Positions 36,323 to 49,898 of a stretch of 64,000 nucleotides of DNA are shown here, piece after piece. The first letter of the stretch is position 1; each line of letters starts with the position of its first letter. This DNA comes from Rhizodiscina lignyota. Taxonomy: Eukaryota. The DNA lies in contig ML978137.1 of assembly GCA_010015805.1 (NCBI GenBank), forward strand, positions 434,001 to 498,000. Direction: 5' to 3'. The translations under genes and the position numbers were made by a program. A model generated the notes under the pieces. The model made no database searches and had not been told where the DNA came from. It worked only from the letters and a program-made list of their open reading frames with translations.

Positions 36323-39300
36323 ATGCTTCTTTGGTATCAGCGGTCAACCGGAACTGTAGATGGACCAAGACCGATAATATGGCTAGTCTTCTACACGTTG
36401 CTGGCCGTGTTGTTGGCGACATGCGCGCGTGGCATGACAGATGAGGAGATCAGGGCTCTTAGGTACGTGATATATGTGTATTTCAGGTGTAGTAACAATT
36501 AACAAATTCCAGACAAGAGACACGCGACATCTTCTACCATGGTTACGACAATTACATGAAGTATGCGTTCCCAGAAGACGAGCTCCGACCTCTCACCTGT
36601 GCCCCCCTCACACGAGACCGTGAAAATCCGGCGCATATCGAGCTCAATGATGTCCTTGGCAACTACTCCTTGACGCTCATTGACAGCTTGTCCACCCTTG
36701 CTATTCTAGCTTCGTCCAAACCCGAACGCAGCCACAAAAATACTGCGCTGAAAGACTTTCAAGATGGTGTTGCAAAGCTTGTCGAATATTATGGAGATGG
36801 AACGGCAGGCCCTAGCGGACAAGGGATAAGAGCTCGTGGGTTTGACCTGGATAGCAAGGTCCAAGTCTTCGAGACTGTCATTCGTGGCGTTGGTGGGCTA
36901 CTGAGCGCGCATTTGTTTGCAGTGGGAGATCTGCCAATTAACGGTTACACGCCGAAGCTCACCACCAAAAAAGGAAAGAAATTTATTCAGTTCGGCAATG
37001 GTCTCCAGTATCACGGACAACTTCTGAACCTCGCGCGTGATCTTGCAGAACGAATGTTACCGGCGTTCCATACGCCTACGGGACTACCCTACCCACGAGT
37101 CAACTTGCGATATGGGATTCCTTTCTACGCGAACTCCGTTCTGAACACTGATGCGGAGCATGGAGAGTGTCCACGCGTTCCTCCGGCGAAGGCTGAGATC
37201 ACGGAAACCTGCTCAGCAGGTGCTGGAAGTTTGATCCTGGAATTCACGACCCTCAGCAGATTGACCGGGGATAGTCGCTTTGAACAGGTCGCGAAGGAGG
37301 CTTTTTGGGCAGTGTGGCATCGACGAAGCACCGTTGGGCTTGTTGGGTCTGGAATCGATGCTGAAACTGGACAATGGGTGACACCATATACGGGAATCGG
37401 TGCTGGAATTGACAGCTTCTTTGAGTATGCTTTTAAGTCCCATGTGCTACTTTCTGGCCTCCCGCATCCATCGAATGCCACCGAACTCCACTCTCCGGAT
37501 GCATTCCTTTCCGCTTGGGAAAGCGCACATTCTGCGATACATCGGCATGTCTATCGCTCCCAAATTTATCAGCATCCCCACTACATACAAGCAGACTTGT
37601 ATACGGGCGCAATGCGTGCGTTCTGGATAGATAGCCTGTCTGCCTACTATCCAGGACTCCTAACGTTTGCCGGTAAACTTGATGAAGCCATCGAAGCGCA
37701 TTTGCTTTACACCGCGCTCTGGACGCGCTATTCGGCGCTACCGGAACGCTGGTCAACAGCTACCGGGAACATCGAAATGGGTCTTCGATGGTGGGGTGGC
37801 AGACCAGAGTTTATCGAGTCGACTTGGTATCTATACCGTGCAACAAAGGACCCTTGGTATCTACATGTTGGTGAGATGGCCCTTCGAGACATCAAGCGCC
37901 GTTGTTGGACTAGGTGTGGGTGGGCCGGCCTCCAGGACGTCCGCACGGGAGAGCTTAACGATCGCATGGAGAGTTTCTTCCTTGGCGAGACGGCGAAGTA
38001 CCTGTTCTTGCTGTTCGACGAGCAACATCCGTTGAATCACCTGGACGCTCCATGGGTGTTGACGACTGAAGGCCATCCGCTCATTATCCCGTCTCGACTT
38101 CGCCATGCTCAGGATCATCCGTACTCAGTCCAGTCATCAGTCGATAAGGTCTCGTTACCCATTCACTACCCAGATGCCACTGCTACTTGTCCAATTCCGC
38201 CAAAGCACGTCCCTTTCACCATCTCAGCGACAGCTGCTCGTCATGATGTTTTTCATGCCGCAAGCCTGGCACGCCTTCACCTCATGCCAACGCTCGAAAA
38301 CATTTCAAGCCCTCTGGTCGAATTCACCTCTGACCATCCCAGCATCTCCATCTCTGATCTGCACTCACCGTCAAATTACACATTCTATCCTTGGACTCTT
38401 CCGCTTGAACTTGTCCCTGTAAACGGTATGAGTAGCAAGATGGCTCAGCGCACTACATTCGACCTCTCGTTCCCGAATCTGCCCCAGAATATTGTCAACA
38501 TTGGTGCTCTGCAGCGCATTAACAATGGCATCCTTGTCAACTCCATGAGTGGTCTAAGATTGGGCATGATTCAAGAAGGCTCTGGCTCTCTCGTGGATGC
38601 GACATATCGAATTCAAGCCGTCAGTAATGTTCCGCTGGGAAGAGATGAAAAGGTTTTCATCCAACGAGACACGATTGCGGACTTCAACCCTGTTGATCCA
38701 TATTTCACGCGTACCAGAGACACCTCCGTGGTGGATTTGGTTGTAGACATGCTCCCAGAATGGCTACCTTCAAGTCAGCTTGAATCCATCCCGACAGCGA
38801 CTGAATCAGGGGAGATTACCTTACTCAATACTAGTATACCACTTATCGATATTCCAGAAGACCTCGAAGAGTCCCTCAACGCAATGCTTGATAACGATTC
38901 CGAGGGCATCGTAACAGACGATCCTTCCTTCTTCTCATCATTGTTGCAGAGGCTTGAGAACATCCTAGCAGATAAAACTTCCGATGCGACGACGGCTACA
39001 TCTGCTCCTCCGCTACCGTCTCTCCGGCGCCATGAATTCGCAGCCACGCTTCCTACTGGTCCAGGAGCCGCACCATTACCAGACATCAATGACCCTCCAG
39101 CTCTCGAAGATCAAGGACTCTCATATTCAACTGAGCCGCCTGAATCGCCGCTTACTTGGGAGACTGTCCACATAGCGGACGAGCTATGCGACACCAAACT
39201 CTCACCCGACATTGTCAAGACTCACCACGTCGTTGTTATCAAGCGCGGTGGCTGCTCCTTCAGCACCAAGCTTCAGAATATCCCTGCAGTCCCTCCTTCG

Positions 39301-39633
39301 AGCCGGAGCCTCAAGCTTGTCATCATGGTTAGTTTCCCTGAGCACGAAGTCGAGGACTACTATATCGCCGAACAGAAGCGCCAGCAGGAAGAGGAGCGAC
39401 AGCGTGTGCGTAAAGTGAGAGAGGACAGCACAGTACCGCTCATCCAGCCGCTACTGGATATGCCGCAGCTTACTCCGGCTGGATTGTCGAGGCCGAATCC
39501 GCTTCCGATGGTGATGGTCAGTGGTGGGCAAGAGACGATGGAAGTACTCAGGAGGGCAAGGGGTGTAGGGATTAGGAGAAGATTGTGGTTCTTAACACAG
39601 GGTGTTCGGATTGGGAACTTGATTGTTTTGTAA
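36323..39633 (+). CDS. MNL1: GH47 EDEM/Mnl1(Htm1)-like alpha-1,2-mannosidase with C-terminal PA domain
   Basis: Signal anchor in exon 1, one intron. YMKYAFPEDELRP, TLIDSLSTL, VQVFETVIR.VGGLLSAH, GIGAGIDSFFEY, RPEFIESTWYLY and MESFFLGETAKY. PA motif IKRGGCSF. Confidence 0.9.
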
Positions 39634-39963
39634 AAAGTTCTTGCATAACCCTTGCATTTGGAGGGTGTTTTGGCATAGACCCGGAAATGTTTCAAATGGT
39701 TTCTGGTAAGCACGTCTTTATGGTTTCTATGAGTCTAGAGATGTCGCATGTACTTGCAAGTGGAGTGAATTCATTTGAGAGCATTAGGTGGATTCAATTC
39801 CGAATTCAATTCCGTTGCCAAACAGGGGCTCAAACAAGACCAAGAATATCACTGGGCCAAGCTCGCCGCTAAAATAAAGTTTACTTCTATTTCACCAATT
39901 TTCAAGTTAGAAATCTATAACTTGACTTTTCTATGAGCAATCACATATGAGAGGCGTGACATA

Positions 39964-42121
39964 TCAAAATGGAGACAACATGGCCATTTTCAACCATGCC
40001 GGAATGACAGGTTTCTTCTCCCAGCCGTCCAAGTACGTTTTCGGCTCGATGCCCTCTCCAGAAGGCCTTGCAAACACAGCCGTGACATACCATTTGGTCT
40101 GCCCCGCAGCAATATCTCCTCGTAGCGTTGGAATCACCGTACGCGACTCGACCAGATTGGAGTTCGGATCCGCCAACACCTGAATAGCGACCCGATCGCC
40201 GTTGGCCTCCAGCGCTGCAATTCCGACAGCGCCTGCCTTTACACTCGAGACGAATGCGCCAGTGCCACCAGTTGCCTTGCCTTCAGGAACGGCAGCGTCG
40301 TAATTCCCAATGATAATCGGGCTGGTTCCTTCGCAGGTCTTCGAATCAAAGGCTCCCAAAGGTCTTTTAGTGCCTTCCGCGGTCGACTTGATGGCGAATG
40401 ATCCATCGGCAGTCTGTAGCGCTCTACTAGTTTCAATCTTATGAATGCGTAGGTGCCAGTTCGGTGTTGACTCAACGTCAGGTGGCAGAAGCCAAGTGGT
40501 GACCGTGACGTCTGAGAACGGCCGCCACGTGCTGACGAGCATATACTTGCCTTTCTCGGGCTCTTCAAGCCGCGAGTCAGAGTAAGCACGAGTTTTCCAG
40601 ATTTCTCCGCCATCTTCAGATAGGCCCAACGCTGAATCAAGAGCGAACTGCTCCAGAGTGTATGATCCTGGAGGTACGCTGTACGCGAATGCCGATGAAT
40701 ACGCTAGCTTTCCATATTTGGCGAGCATGGCTTTCATCGGGTAGCCACACATCTGACCGCTCGACAGCAGGAATGTGTGACCTCCTGAACGTACCACGAT
40801 GTGTCCTGGATGCTTGAGAGGCTTGGTGACAGGTAGCTTTTCCGCTGGATACGGCTCCTCCTTTGATGTCCAAAATGGGTGATCTGCCGGAACCGCAAGG
40901 CAGATGAATGCAAGCATGCACCAGTATGGTGACCCTGGTGAATTGTAGCTCTCTGCCATGTACATGTTCGGATAGGAGTATCCAATTGTGAGACAGCCAC
41001 TCGGACCGAAAATGTCGCGCTGTGTCTGCCACCACCGCATATGTCGAAGAAAAATGCCCTTCACGATGCCCCAAGTTAGAGGCTCAGGTAGGTCCACATC
41101 TGCGTACGCGAGAGCTCCCCAAAATGATATGACTCCAAAGCGATAGATTAGCGAGCGGCCGAATGTCAGAGCGCGGCCTGTCTCATCAAAGTAATGTATG
41201 AAGTCGAGAGCAAATGCCTTTGCTCTATTCCGGAATTCTTCGGCCCTCGCTGGATCGTCTTTGCCGGCGAGCTTTGCGTAAAGGAGCTGTAAGAACTGAA
41301 TCGCAAAGCTACCTTTTACAATCTTAGCAATTCAGGCAAACTTTGTAGTTGGAAGAGCTCACTTGAATAGTAGTCCATCTGGTGAATATTTGCAGGCCCA
41401 TCATTGGACCAACCGTCTCCCCTGTAGAACGTGTTGAGGTGCTCAATATCCCTGTCGAGCTGATCCTGCGAAAAGTTGCCTTCATTCGCTTTCAATCCGA
41501 GGTTCGCAAATACACGGAACCACAACCAGTTGGTATCTGGCATATTCCGCCCATTACAGGACGCCAGGTCTATCACCATATCAGCATCCCTATCAACAAC
41601 CACTTGCTTTGCAGGTGCCCACACTGTTCGACATTTGTCTTTTGCTTTTGTGACAGGCTCTGCCAAAACTGCGGTGCCACAGCCAATGTGTACCCGATTG
41701 GACATTGCTCCACCATCCTCTGGTCTGAATCCTTGGCTAGCTGCCAGAATTCTGGGCTTTCGGGATCTGTGCCAGCCTTTAAGCCGTCAATCCATCTTTT
41801 TGCCCCTTCATACTCGCCACCACCGGCTAGGAAAGGTGCGAGACCCCATAGTGGCCTCGCATATCCTTCAATCAAGGAGGCTGTGTCGTCGAATCGAACC
41901 GCCGTTGCGCCCGGAACGCGAATGAGGGCCCCATTGGGACTCGTATGCTGGGCGAGAGGTTCGAGGAGAGCAACTAGAGCGTGTCTTTACCAATTCTTTA
42001 GCATCGATATCTATAACGCTTCTGGAAATGATACATACTGTACAGACTCGCGATCCTCAATCCTTGTTTTCGCGAACGGATGGACGGTGTCCCAGAGACT
42101 ACCCGCAGCTGCAGGAGTCAT
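39964..42121 (-). CDS. DUF2264 family protein
   Basis: [61 protein letters not shown] and [11 protein letters not shown]. Three introns. Confidence 0.85.
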
Positions 42122-43284
42122 ATTAGCGGTGAGGTGAGAGACTTCTGGGGAGTATCTTACTCAATTGGCAAAATGATACATTTATACAACGCACATTAGG
42201 CACGTCAGGAGCATGATCAAGCGGCGGGGTTGACCTTTCGGTGTGATTTGCTCCGGGTAAATGCGATGCGTCTCGTTATTCAGAAATGACTAATCCGCAG
42301 TATCGAAGTCTTCATGTTTCTCAGTACGCAATACTTTCAATAAACAACTCATCCATCACCCAGATGAATTCTGTTAGACCATCATATACAATCTGCCAGG
42401 ATGTAAACTACACGTTTGAAAGACTTTCGTTTAGACCATCTGTCAAAAGGATATATGCTATCTCACCATTTTGCGAAGTAGGATTAGCGCTAGACCGGAA
42501 GTAGAAGCGCGACGAAAGACTTCATCACGTCTGCAAATCCCTCCCTCCCTTCACTCCACATCCGCATGCCAGTCCACAAGCATCATGGAAAAAGATGACC
42601 AGCGCTCCAAGCAGCTCCGTCGCAAGGGGCCCCTTATGCCTTCAACGGTATCAGCATTGACTACCTCTGCTGCCGTCTCGTTGAATTTGAAAAATGAACT
42701 CCCTTTTGCCAGTTCATCCAAAGCCGGGAAGCAACAATCAAAAAGTTAGCTTGGCATCTCATTATATCCTTAGGATTAATGTTTTCGTGAAAGCTTCGAA
42801 CTATTTATTCTCTTTGATAACTTGGCTAAACCTTATTGCTTGTACAGTAAAAGAATTCGATTCCTCTTATGAGAATTCACCCTTCTTGCATCCCGAAAGT
42901 GAAGTAGTCAAATCGAAAAGGGGAATTAAGACAGCCAGCGATATGGTAGCATCCTCAAATGCGCGAGGCTAAAATGCGCCTATTCCCACACGACGCACAG
43001 CATTGGAAATCAAAACCACTCTGGAGTAGCAGTCAGAGCAGCCTGAGAGACCACTGGCATCGTAACCAATGGAAAGAACTCCACAACACCCAAATACTGC
43101 GCCAAATCTGTCAGATTCGCCGCTGTCCGCCGTTTTCTTCAGAATTATCATCCACACTTCTGGCATTCAAGAACGCCTAAACATCCCCATCACATTTCTT
43201 CCGTGTGTCTATCTCGCCCCAATAAAACGCTTCAAGGACGTCCTCCACCACCAACCAGCAAAGCACGGCTCCTGGATCGGTTCT

Positions 43285-43956
43285 CTACCATGTGCGGCGC
43301 TTTCCATTCTTGATCATGGCTTTCTTGTAGAACGCATCTGCGAAGGCAATGGCGTCGGTGATATTCGAGTTCGCAAGGTCAGCGGGAGCCCACTTGAAGC
43401 TGAATGTGTCGACACGACCGAACCGGGTCAAGTTCTGAGGGTGGTTCTCGTTCACCAAACACGCGTCCATCGGCTTGTAGTTCGGGTGCCCAAGTTTTTT
43501 GAAAAATTGCCGAACTTCGATAACGAGGTGTTTGAATTTCTTCGTAGGGAAGCGATGCCTGTCGAACGCGTCGAACACGAGACGAGTTGCGTAGTGGGAT
43601 TCGTATCGAACGTCGGTAAATCTTCCGATTCCTCGAGGACCCTCCCACTCTGGGATCCATACGAAGTCGCGGAGTCTGAGAGAGACTATCGACTCGCGTC
43701 CACGCCTTCCGATCAAGTCGAAAAATCCAGGAACGTCTTTACAGAGGATGCTGAACGTTGTCCCCAAGGTTACAAACGCCGCGATAGTCTCGTAACGGAG
43801 CTGACGGTTCACATGGAGTAGCTGGAACACGTCTTCCATCTCGGCTTCTTCAACTTCGAGGACGTCTGGAATGACGAAGCCGTACACCATATTTCGCAGC
43901 TCTCCGGGTAGCTTCAGAAACGGGAATGCGGCAGGGTTTGGCGTCGGAGTTGCCAT
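43285..43956 (-). CDS. Hypothetical protein with N-terminal fungal F-box-like motif
   Basis: FPFLKLPGELRNMVY followed by LLHVNRQLRYE, a typical F-box-like pair in ascomycete orphans. Confidence 0.7.
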   Translation of the reverse strand: MATPTPNPAAFPFLKLPGELRNMVYGFVIPDVLEVEEAEMEDVFQLLHVNRQLRYETIAAFVTLGTTFSILCKDVPGFFDLIGRRGRESIVSLRLRDFVWIPEWEGPRGIGRFTDVRYESHYATRLVFDAFDRHRFPTKKFKHLVIEVRQFFKKLGHPNYKPMDACLVNENHPQNLTRFGRVDTFSFKWAPADLANSNITDAIAFADAFYKKAMIKNGKRRTW

Positions 43957-44692
43957 TGGTGGTGTTGAATTCCTTGTCGAGCAAGATGTGGAGATGTTTA
44001 AAGAGGAATAGGAAGTCATGAAAGAAAGAGTAGTACTGGTGTAAATAATCACGTTCTGTGGGTGTGTTGGAGGTGTTCAGATGTTGCCAAGAAAGTGATG
44101 GCATGAGCCGGGGTCGGCAGTGTATATGATGCTGCTCAGGGCGACCAGTTCCTTCCCAACGATAGTAAGTATGATGCAAAAGTAGCAGGAAATATATTTA
44201 TCATACATTGGCTCAAAAGCGGAGGTATACACGCTTATTCACCAAATGATTGCAATTGGCTTTGACATAACTCAGAGCATTTGCATCCAACAAACATTGC
44301 AGCATAGCTATATGACACCACCAGTTAAGGAGATAGAAATGTCTTTCGATATGTATTTCCAAAGAGAACCTTCATTCGTACCAAAATAGAACACTTACAT
44401 TACTTCCAACTAGCTGAAGCCACTCCGCAAAGGACGAGTCTCATACGGTTTCCCCTCCAAAATGAGTAGTTGACGATCTATTTCGCAGTCAGGCACCACA
44501 ACATTCATCAGCACCTATGGAAAATATTAAGGAGGCTGAAACCGAGCCGTGATTGAAGTTAAATCTAATGAAGACTAGCATATTGCCAGTTGCGAATTTC
44601 GACAACACCGCCATGTTGATAAGGATGAAACATTTACCTTAGCGCACATACGGCAGTATGGAGAGAAGTTAGAAGAAGAGGGCATGTCATGA

Positions 44693-45632
44693 TCATTTAG
44701 CAGCCTTCGTCGGATCTATCATGGCCTTCAAAGCACCTTCCTTATTCCTTTCATTTTGCTCTTTTACCCACCCAGAAATGTACCCAGGTACCTTGCCAAC
44801 GCGATTGTAGTCGCTTGCCACAGGTTCTCCATATTGTAAGTAGACCGGCACGACGCCAGTCCAAACGTTGCCAATCACGCTCTCGTCCTTAAGATCGTGT
44901 CTATCATCACCAGGCCCACCGACGCGAACTTTCGCACTTGCGGACGCGATCTCAACTCTCAATATTCCCGTGCTCGTCATCTCGGCCTTTGTTGGCGGTA
45001 CACGTGAATTATTCCACCGATGCGACAGCACGTTATCTGTTATGAGATGCATAGCATGCATGCGTTCGGTCTCGGACTCCACAATGGACGCCCATCCGTG
45101 GACGACAGCACTGCGGTAGTTGTTGGAATTGTGGAAGGGCGTAAGAGCGAGGACGATACCATCCACTTGTGAGGCGGCAATGCAAATCGGTACACCTTTT
45201 GGGTTCTCGCTGCTATCGCCATTCGTACCATTGGTCGTTGAAGGGAGCTTCATGAGGCGCGAGGTGACATAGCCGTGGAGGTAGATGTGACGAGGGCCAT
45301 CGTCGTACGAAGGAGCGGGCTCATCTTCTGGAAATGAACCTGGCGCGGCATCTGAAGAAGAGGTTTCGGAAGGCTCTGTGGTGCTTGCAGTACACCCAAG
45401 CATAGGGAGTATCGTGGGGAACGGATCATCGTCTGGCGATACTGGATTGAAGGAGACATGAAGCACAGGTGTCATGTCTATGATTGAGTGGATTGTGCCA
45501 TAATCGTATTTGCCTATTCACCAATATCAGTGTCAGAAAGTTGCGTAGCTCTGAGCTTGATGCAAATATACCTCTCTTTGCGAGCCGATTGAAGCTCGAA
45601 CGGGGCGTCTTTTCGTATTCGCCTTCAGCCAT
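44693..45632 (-). CDS. Pyridoxamine-5'-phosphate-oxidase-like flavin-binding (split barrel) protein
   Basis: R..KRGKYDYGTIHSI, LHVSF, IYLHG..SRLM, VDGIVLALTPFHNSNNYRSAVVHG, SAKVRVGGP and WTGVVP. One intron. Confidence 0.85.
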
Positions 45633-45697
45633 TGTCGTAATCGGGTGGGCCAATGATGGTGGTTTGATTTCGAAGAATTGGCAAGATAAAAGCCGAC

Positions 45698-45720
45698 TTA
45701 TATAAACGCATCGTGAGTCA
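45698..45720 (-). promoter_or_regulatory. Candidate CpcA/Gcn4 (AP-1-type) site TGACTCA plus TATA element
   Basis: Minus strand reads TGACTCA (45720-45714) and then TTTATATAA (45706-45698), 65-90 nt upstream of ATG 45632. Confidence 0.45.
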
Positions 45721-46076
45721 CGTATCTACAACTTGATGGAAGAGCTGTCCTACTCTTCCCCGCGAGTCGCGATGTCGACCGTACTCCGCTATTCCTGCCT
45801 AGGCAGGTAGTTCCGAGAGCAACTCCTAATCCGACTCCAATTCCTTAGTTTTGGAAAGCCAACGCCGGTTATACTCCTTATCTACGACTTTATCCATGGA
45901 GTGTATTTGTCTCTGTTGACAAGCGCTACTTCCAGGAGTCGAGCAGGTAGATACCATGATTGATCAACTTTCGCTCCTCACCAAGCCCAATCTAATCGCC
46001 TGCATCACTGCATTGTGAAACCAAAAGATGCCGAGATATCTCGTAGAGAATTTACATTGATTTGCTCTGCTCAAAC

Positions 46077-47997
46077 CTAGTTTTGTACTTCTGCTGGTTG
46101 GGTTTGCCCTTCATTTTCCTTCCGTCTTTCTTCTTCGACATCAAGTCCTGTACGTACAATCTCATGCTCAGCTGAGAGCATGATATGATCAATGAAGAAA
46201 ACCAGTCCGAAAGAAGCAGCTGATAAGACTGTAAGGAGTATCCATACATTCCGCAGTGCCTGGTTGAAAACGTGGTGGACCACCCCCTGCTGCGCGACTG
46301 GGAGGGTGCGAATGACTGGAATATTCGCCGTGGCGCTACCTCCAGACAGGATCTTCTCTGCAGCATCGCCCAAACTTTGTCGAATTGTGTCCGCTCGGTT
46401 CTCTACACCATTCTGTACTATAATCGCCCCAATCGAAACTCCCACTGCATTAGCTAAATAGCGGATGAACCCGAAGACGTTCGTCGCTGTTCCACGGTCA
46501 CTGATCGATACGCCTGCTTGGAAAGCAAGCAAAGGAGCTTGGAACCCTGGCCCACCGCCAGCACCTCCAAGAATCTGGTAGATGATAATCTTGGCCCAGC
46601 TACGCGTCTCCGGTAAGTCGATGAATAGGCCTGTACCTAGAGTCATCAAGAAGAAGCCCACGCGCAGCGTATCCAGATAGCAGCCGGTTTGGTCAATGTA
46701 CGCGCCCGTTGCAACGGATCCGAGTGCTAAGGCCAGAGCATAAGGTAACAGCCAGACACCTGCAAGAATCGGCGAGGACCCCAACACGGCTTGGAAGTAC
46801 AGGGCCAGATAATAAGCTGCTGTGACATAAACAACCCCATGGAAGAAACAAGCCAGAAGTGAAGCAGCGTTCGAAATGCTCTTGAACAGCCGGACTGGCA
46901 TGATCGGATACCGACTGACTTTCCATTCGATGGCAATGAACAGGGTGAACGTAATGCCTCCGAATATCACCAGACAAATAACAATGACTGACTTCCAGGG
47001 GTGCTCAACTCCGCCGAATTGTAGTCCAAGGAGGATCATAACCGTACCGCCGGCACTTGACAGAGATCCCAGCCAATCGATTGCTTTCAGGCCTTCTATC
47101 AAAGGGGTTCTTGGCGTTTGCAGATCCAGGAAGAATAATAGAATGGCGAATGTTAGCCCGGTAATTGGTACTATCAGGAAACCGTCAATATCCCTATAAA
47201 TTTGATAACTACTCCAGGGCGACTCACAATTAATGTAAAAACACCACCTCCATGATACCTTTTCGGACAGCGCTCCTCCAACGACGGGACCAAGGCCGGA
47301 TGCAAAGGCCCACACCGTGCCAATCAGACCATAATATTTCGCGCGTTCCCTAAGTAAACAGTTAGATTACATGCCAATGATCGACTTTACAGTTCACCTC
47401 ACCTCATAGAGAATAGATCAGAGATTACGATCTCAGTCAGAGTTATCAGGCCCCCAGCGGCAACACCTTGGATTGCTCGACCTGCGATCAGCATGGCCAT
47501 ATTCTTTGCTAAAGCACATATCAAGCTCCCCACAAAGAACACGGCCGTTGCAAGAAGAAAGACTGGTCTTCGACCCCAAATATCGCTCCACTTTCCCCAC
47601 GTAGGGGTCGCGGCGGCAGCGGCAACCATGAAAGCTGAAGGGACCCAAATGTATCCGGCGGACGACCGAAATTCATTGGTAATTGTTGTCAGAGCTGTAC
47701 TAATGATTGTTGTGTCGAGTGCTGCAACGAAGACCGATAACTATTTCAACATCAATGATTGCATCTACTCAGCAACAGAAAACATACCCAAAGAGCAAGC
47801 ATGATGAGAAACGTTTGCAGAGCTGACCTCTCATTTTGGTTGTCTGCAATACTCAATTGAGCCCTTGGAAGGCTGTCGAAACCTGAACTGCCACGGTCTT
47901 GTTGTTCTAGCGTTCCATATCCCGTTCTCGAGGCCTGGGGAGCAATTTCATCCCTTTCGTTGGCCGCTGCCTGATCGCCAGCGTCTGCCGACATCAT
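46077..47997 (-). CDS. MFS drug:H+ antiporter (DHA2, 14-TM type)
   Basis: LDTTIISTAL, WGKWSDIWGRR (motif A), GRAIQGVAAGG, GPVVGGAL..VSWRWCFYIN and IDWLG. Three introns. Confidence 0.9.
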
Positions 47998-49898
47998 TGA
48001 CTTTCTATTCGATGGTCTCAAAGATTCTGCAGCAAAACGAACTGATAAAACTGAAGATTGGTGCCCCGCGCATTGCGTACATATACATTGTGGAGTGGTT
48101 CGAATCTCCGTGTCAGCTGAACTAAGCTTACAGGGTACAGTCTCGGTGATATTCTTTCTATGCTTGTGTTTTGAGCTACAAGACAGTTATAGGAAATGAG
48201 AACTTTCCAGACAAGGCACTGGTTATGCTTCACATCGTAAAACTGTTGACAGGCAATTGATGACTAGCATGACGTTCGGCAAGAAGGAGTCAGACGAAAC
48301 TTGAATTGAAGCTGGCAATCGAACGCTGAGGCTGAATCGGAACAAAGGCGGTGCTCCAGACAGTTAAAGAATGCTGTGAAGAGAAGTTCATTACGAAAAA
48401 GTATAGGGTGAACGTAAACAGTTTCCGAATCTAGCAAGCCACTTGGAATCACAGTGCAGTTGAGCGGAAGTTGACAGCAGCTGAAATCGCAGATGGCGGC
48501 AATTGACATCAGCGACCTAGCAGAAGCATATTGGCCTAACTTACGACGAAATCCAAGGAAAACTTCCCATCTTATCGTTTCGCAGCAATTAATATCTGCG
48601 AGGTTATATACCTACCTGAGTGGTCTTCAATGTACACCCCAAAAAGAAAAGCAGACGAAAAATGGCCTAATCGAAAGGGGTTAGCGCCCCGCTTGCGGTT
48701 GGGCTTGGGTTTGTCCCCAGCCCGACGATCAGCTCGAAATAACATCCTTCCTCGACGTTTGCACGAGATCCTCACTATACTATCACACTTACATGTGCTT
48801 TAAAGTTCATCGAAAACCAACTTCATGTGTTGGTTTTGTGAATTTTAGGGGAGGCCTTGTACTATGGAAGTCGAACAGCTGCCGTCCTCGCGTTCTTCTG
48901 TCGAGATGCCCTAAAATAAGTGATGGAATATGTACGGAGTACGGACAGCGATCGTCTCGTGAGTGGTTTCCAAACGCCTGGATTTTGGTAGTAGCCATGT
49001 GCTCGGCAATCTCGGACGTTTGCAGCAATTTCTCATTTCAGCCCTGCGCAATTCTAGCTGTTGATGATGATGAACGAGGCACAGCGGACGCTACATATCT
49101 CCATCGGGAATATGCAGATCAAAGCTTGCAGCCAGACTAACTATGAGCGACACGCCCTTAGAACAGAAGCTTCGCGAGGCTTAATCGCAGCCTTGCGGTT
49201 CTTCTGGAAGGGAGAATCAAAACCCTTGCAGGCTCCTCGCAGTACTTTGATCTCAGTCCCCCAGATTGGATACTTACTATGGCTTAGACGATCCACATGT
49301 GCTACGCCGCACAGCACGGTGGTAACGCACAAATCCGGCGATCCTATTCGTTTTCTGTGTACTATAATTGACAAACCGATATCTCACAGACGATCAATGA
49401 TGGCGGGACCTCATATTCCTTGCTTGGAACGATTCATCAATCACGTCAAATCCTGTTATAGCAACTCGTCATAGGGACAGACTGCATGGAATAATGCGTC
49501 CTGGCACATGGGGCGAAAAGGCAGGAAAGATTCCGTGCTACTGCATACCACGAACTAAGGCTCGTAATGTGCATCGAATCGACTGGCCTCTCCATTTCTA
49601 CAATGACCTGGACCAATTGCCATTGTAGCACCATCTTTGAATGGAATATGGGCCGATGAACCACGGGGCTTGGACAGGCAGCCACATATTGGCGAACATT
49701 TCAGCCGCGAGCACAGTACCAGCATTCAATTTGACGCGTAATTGAAGGGACCAGCCGACCGCGAAGAGGCTCTGTATCTCGATCAACAAACCTCCAAATG
49801 TGTTTTTTTGACTGCATTTCGTTCTGAAATGCCAGGCTCTTTATTTCTTCCTTTGACAAACCTGTCACACCGTACTAGTCTTGTCCTCACCACTCAAT

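Noticed and set aside
48091..48110. GGTTCGAATC resembling a tRNA T-loop
   Set aside because: No proper 5-bp T stem, D arm or acceptor stem.
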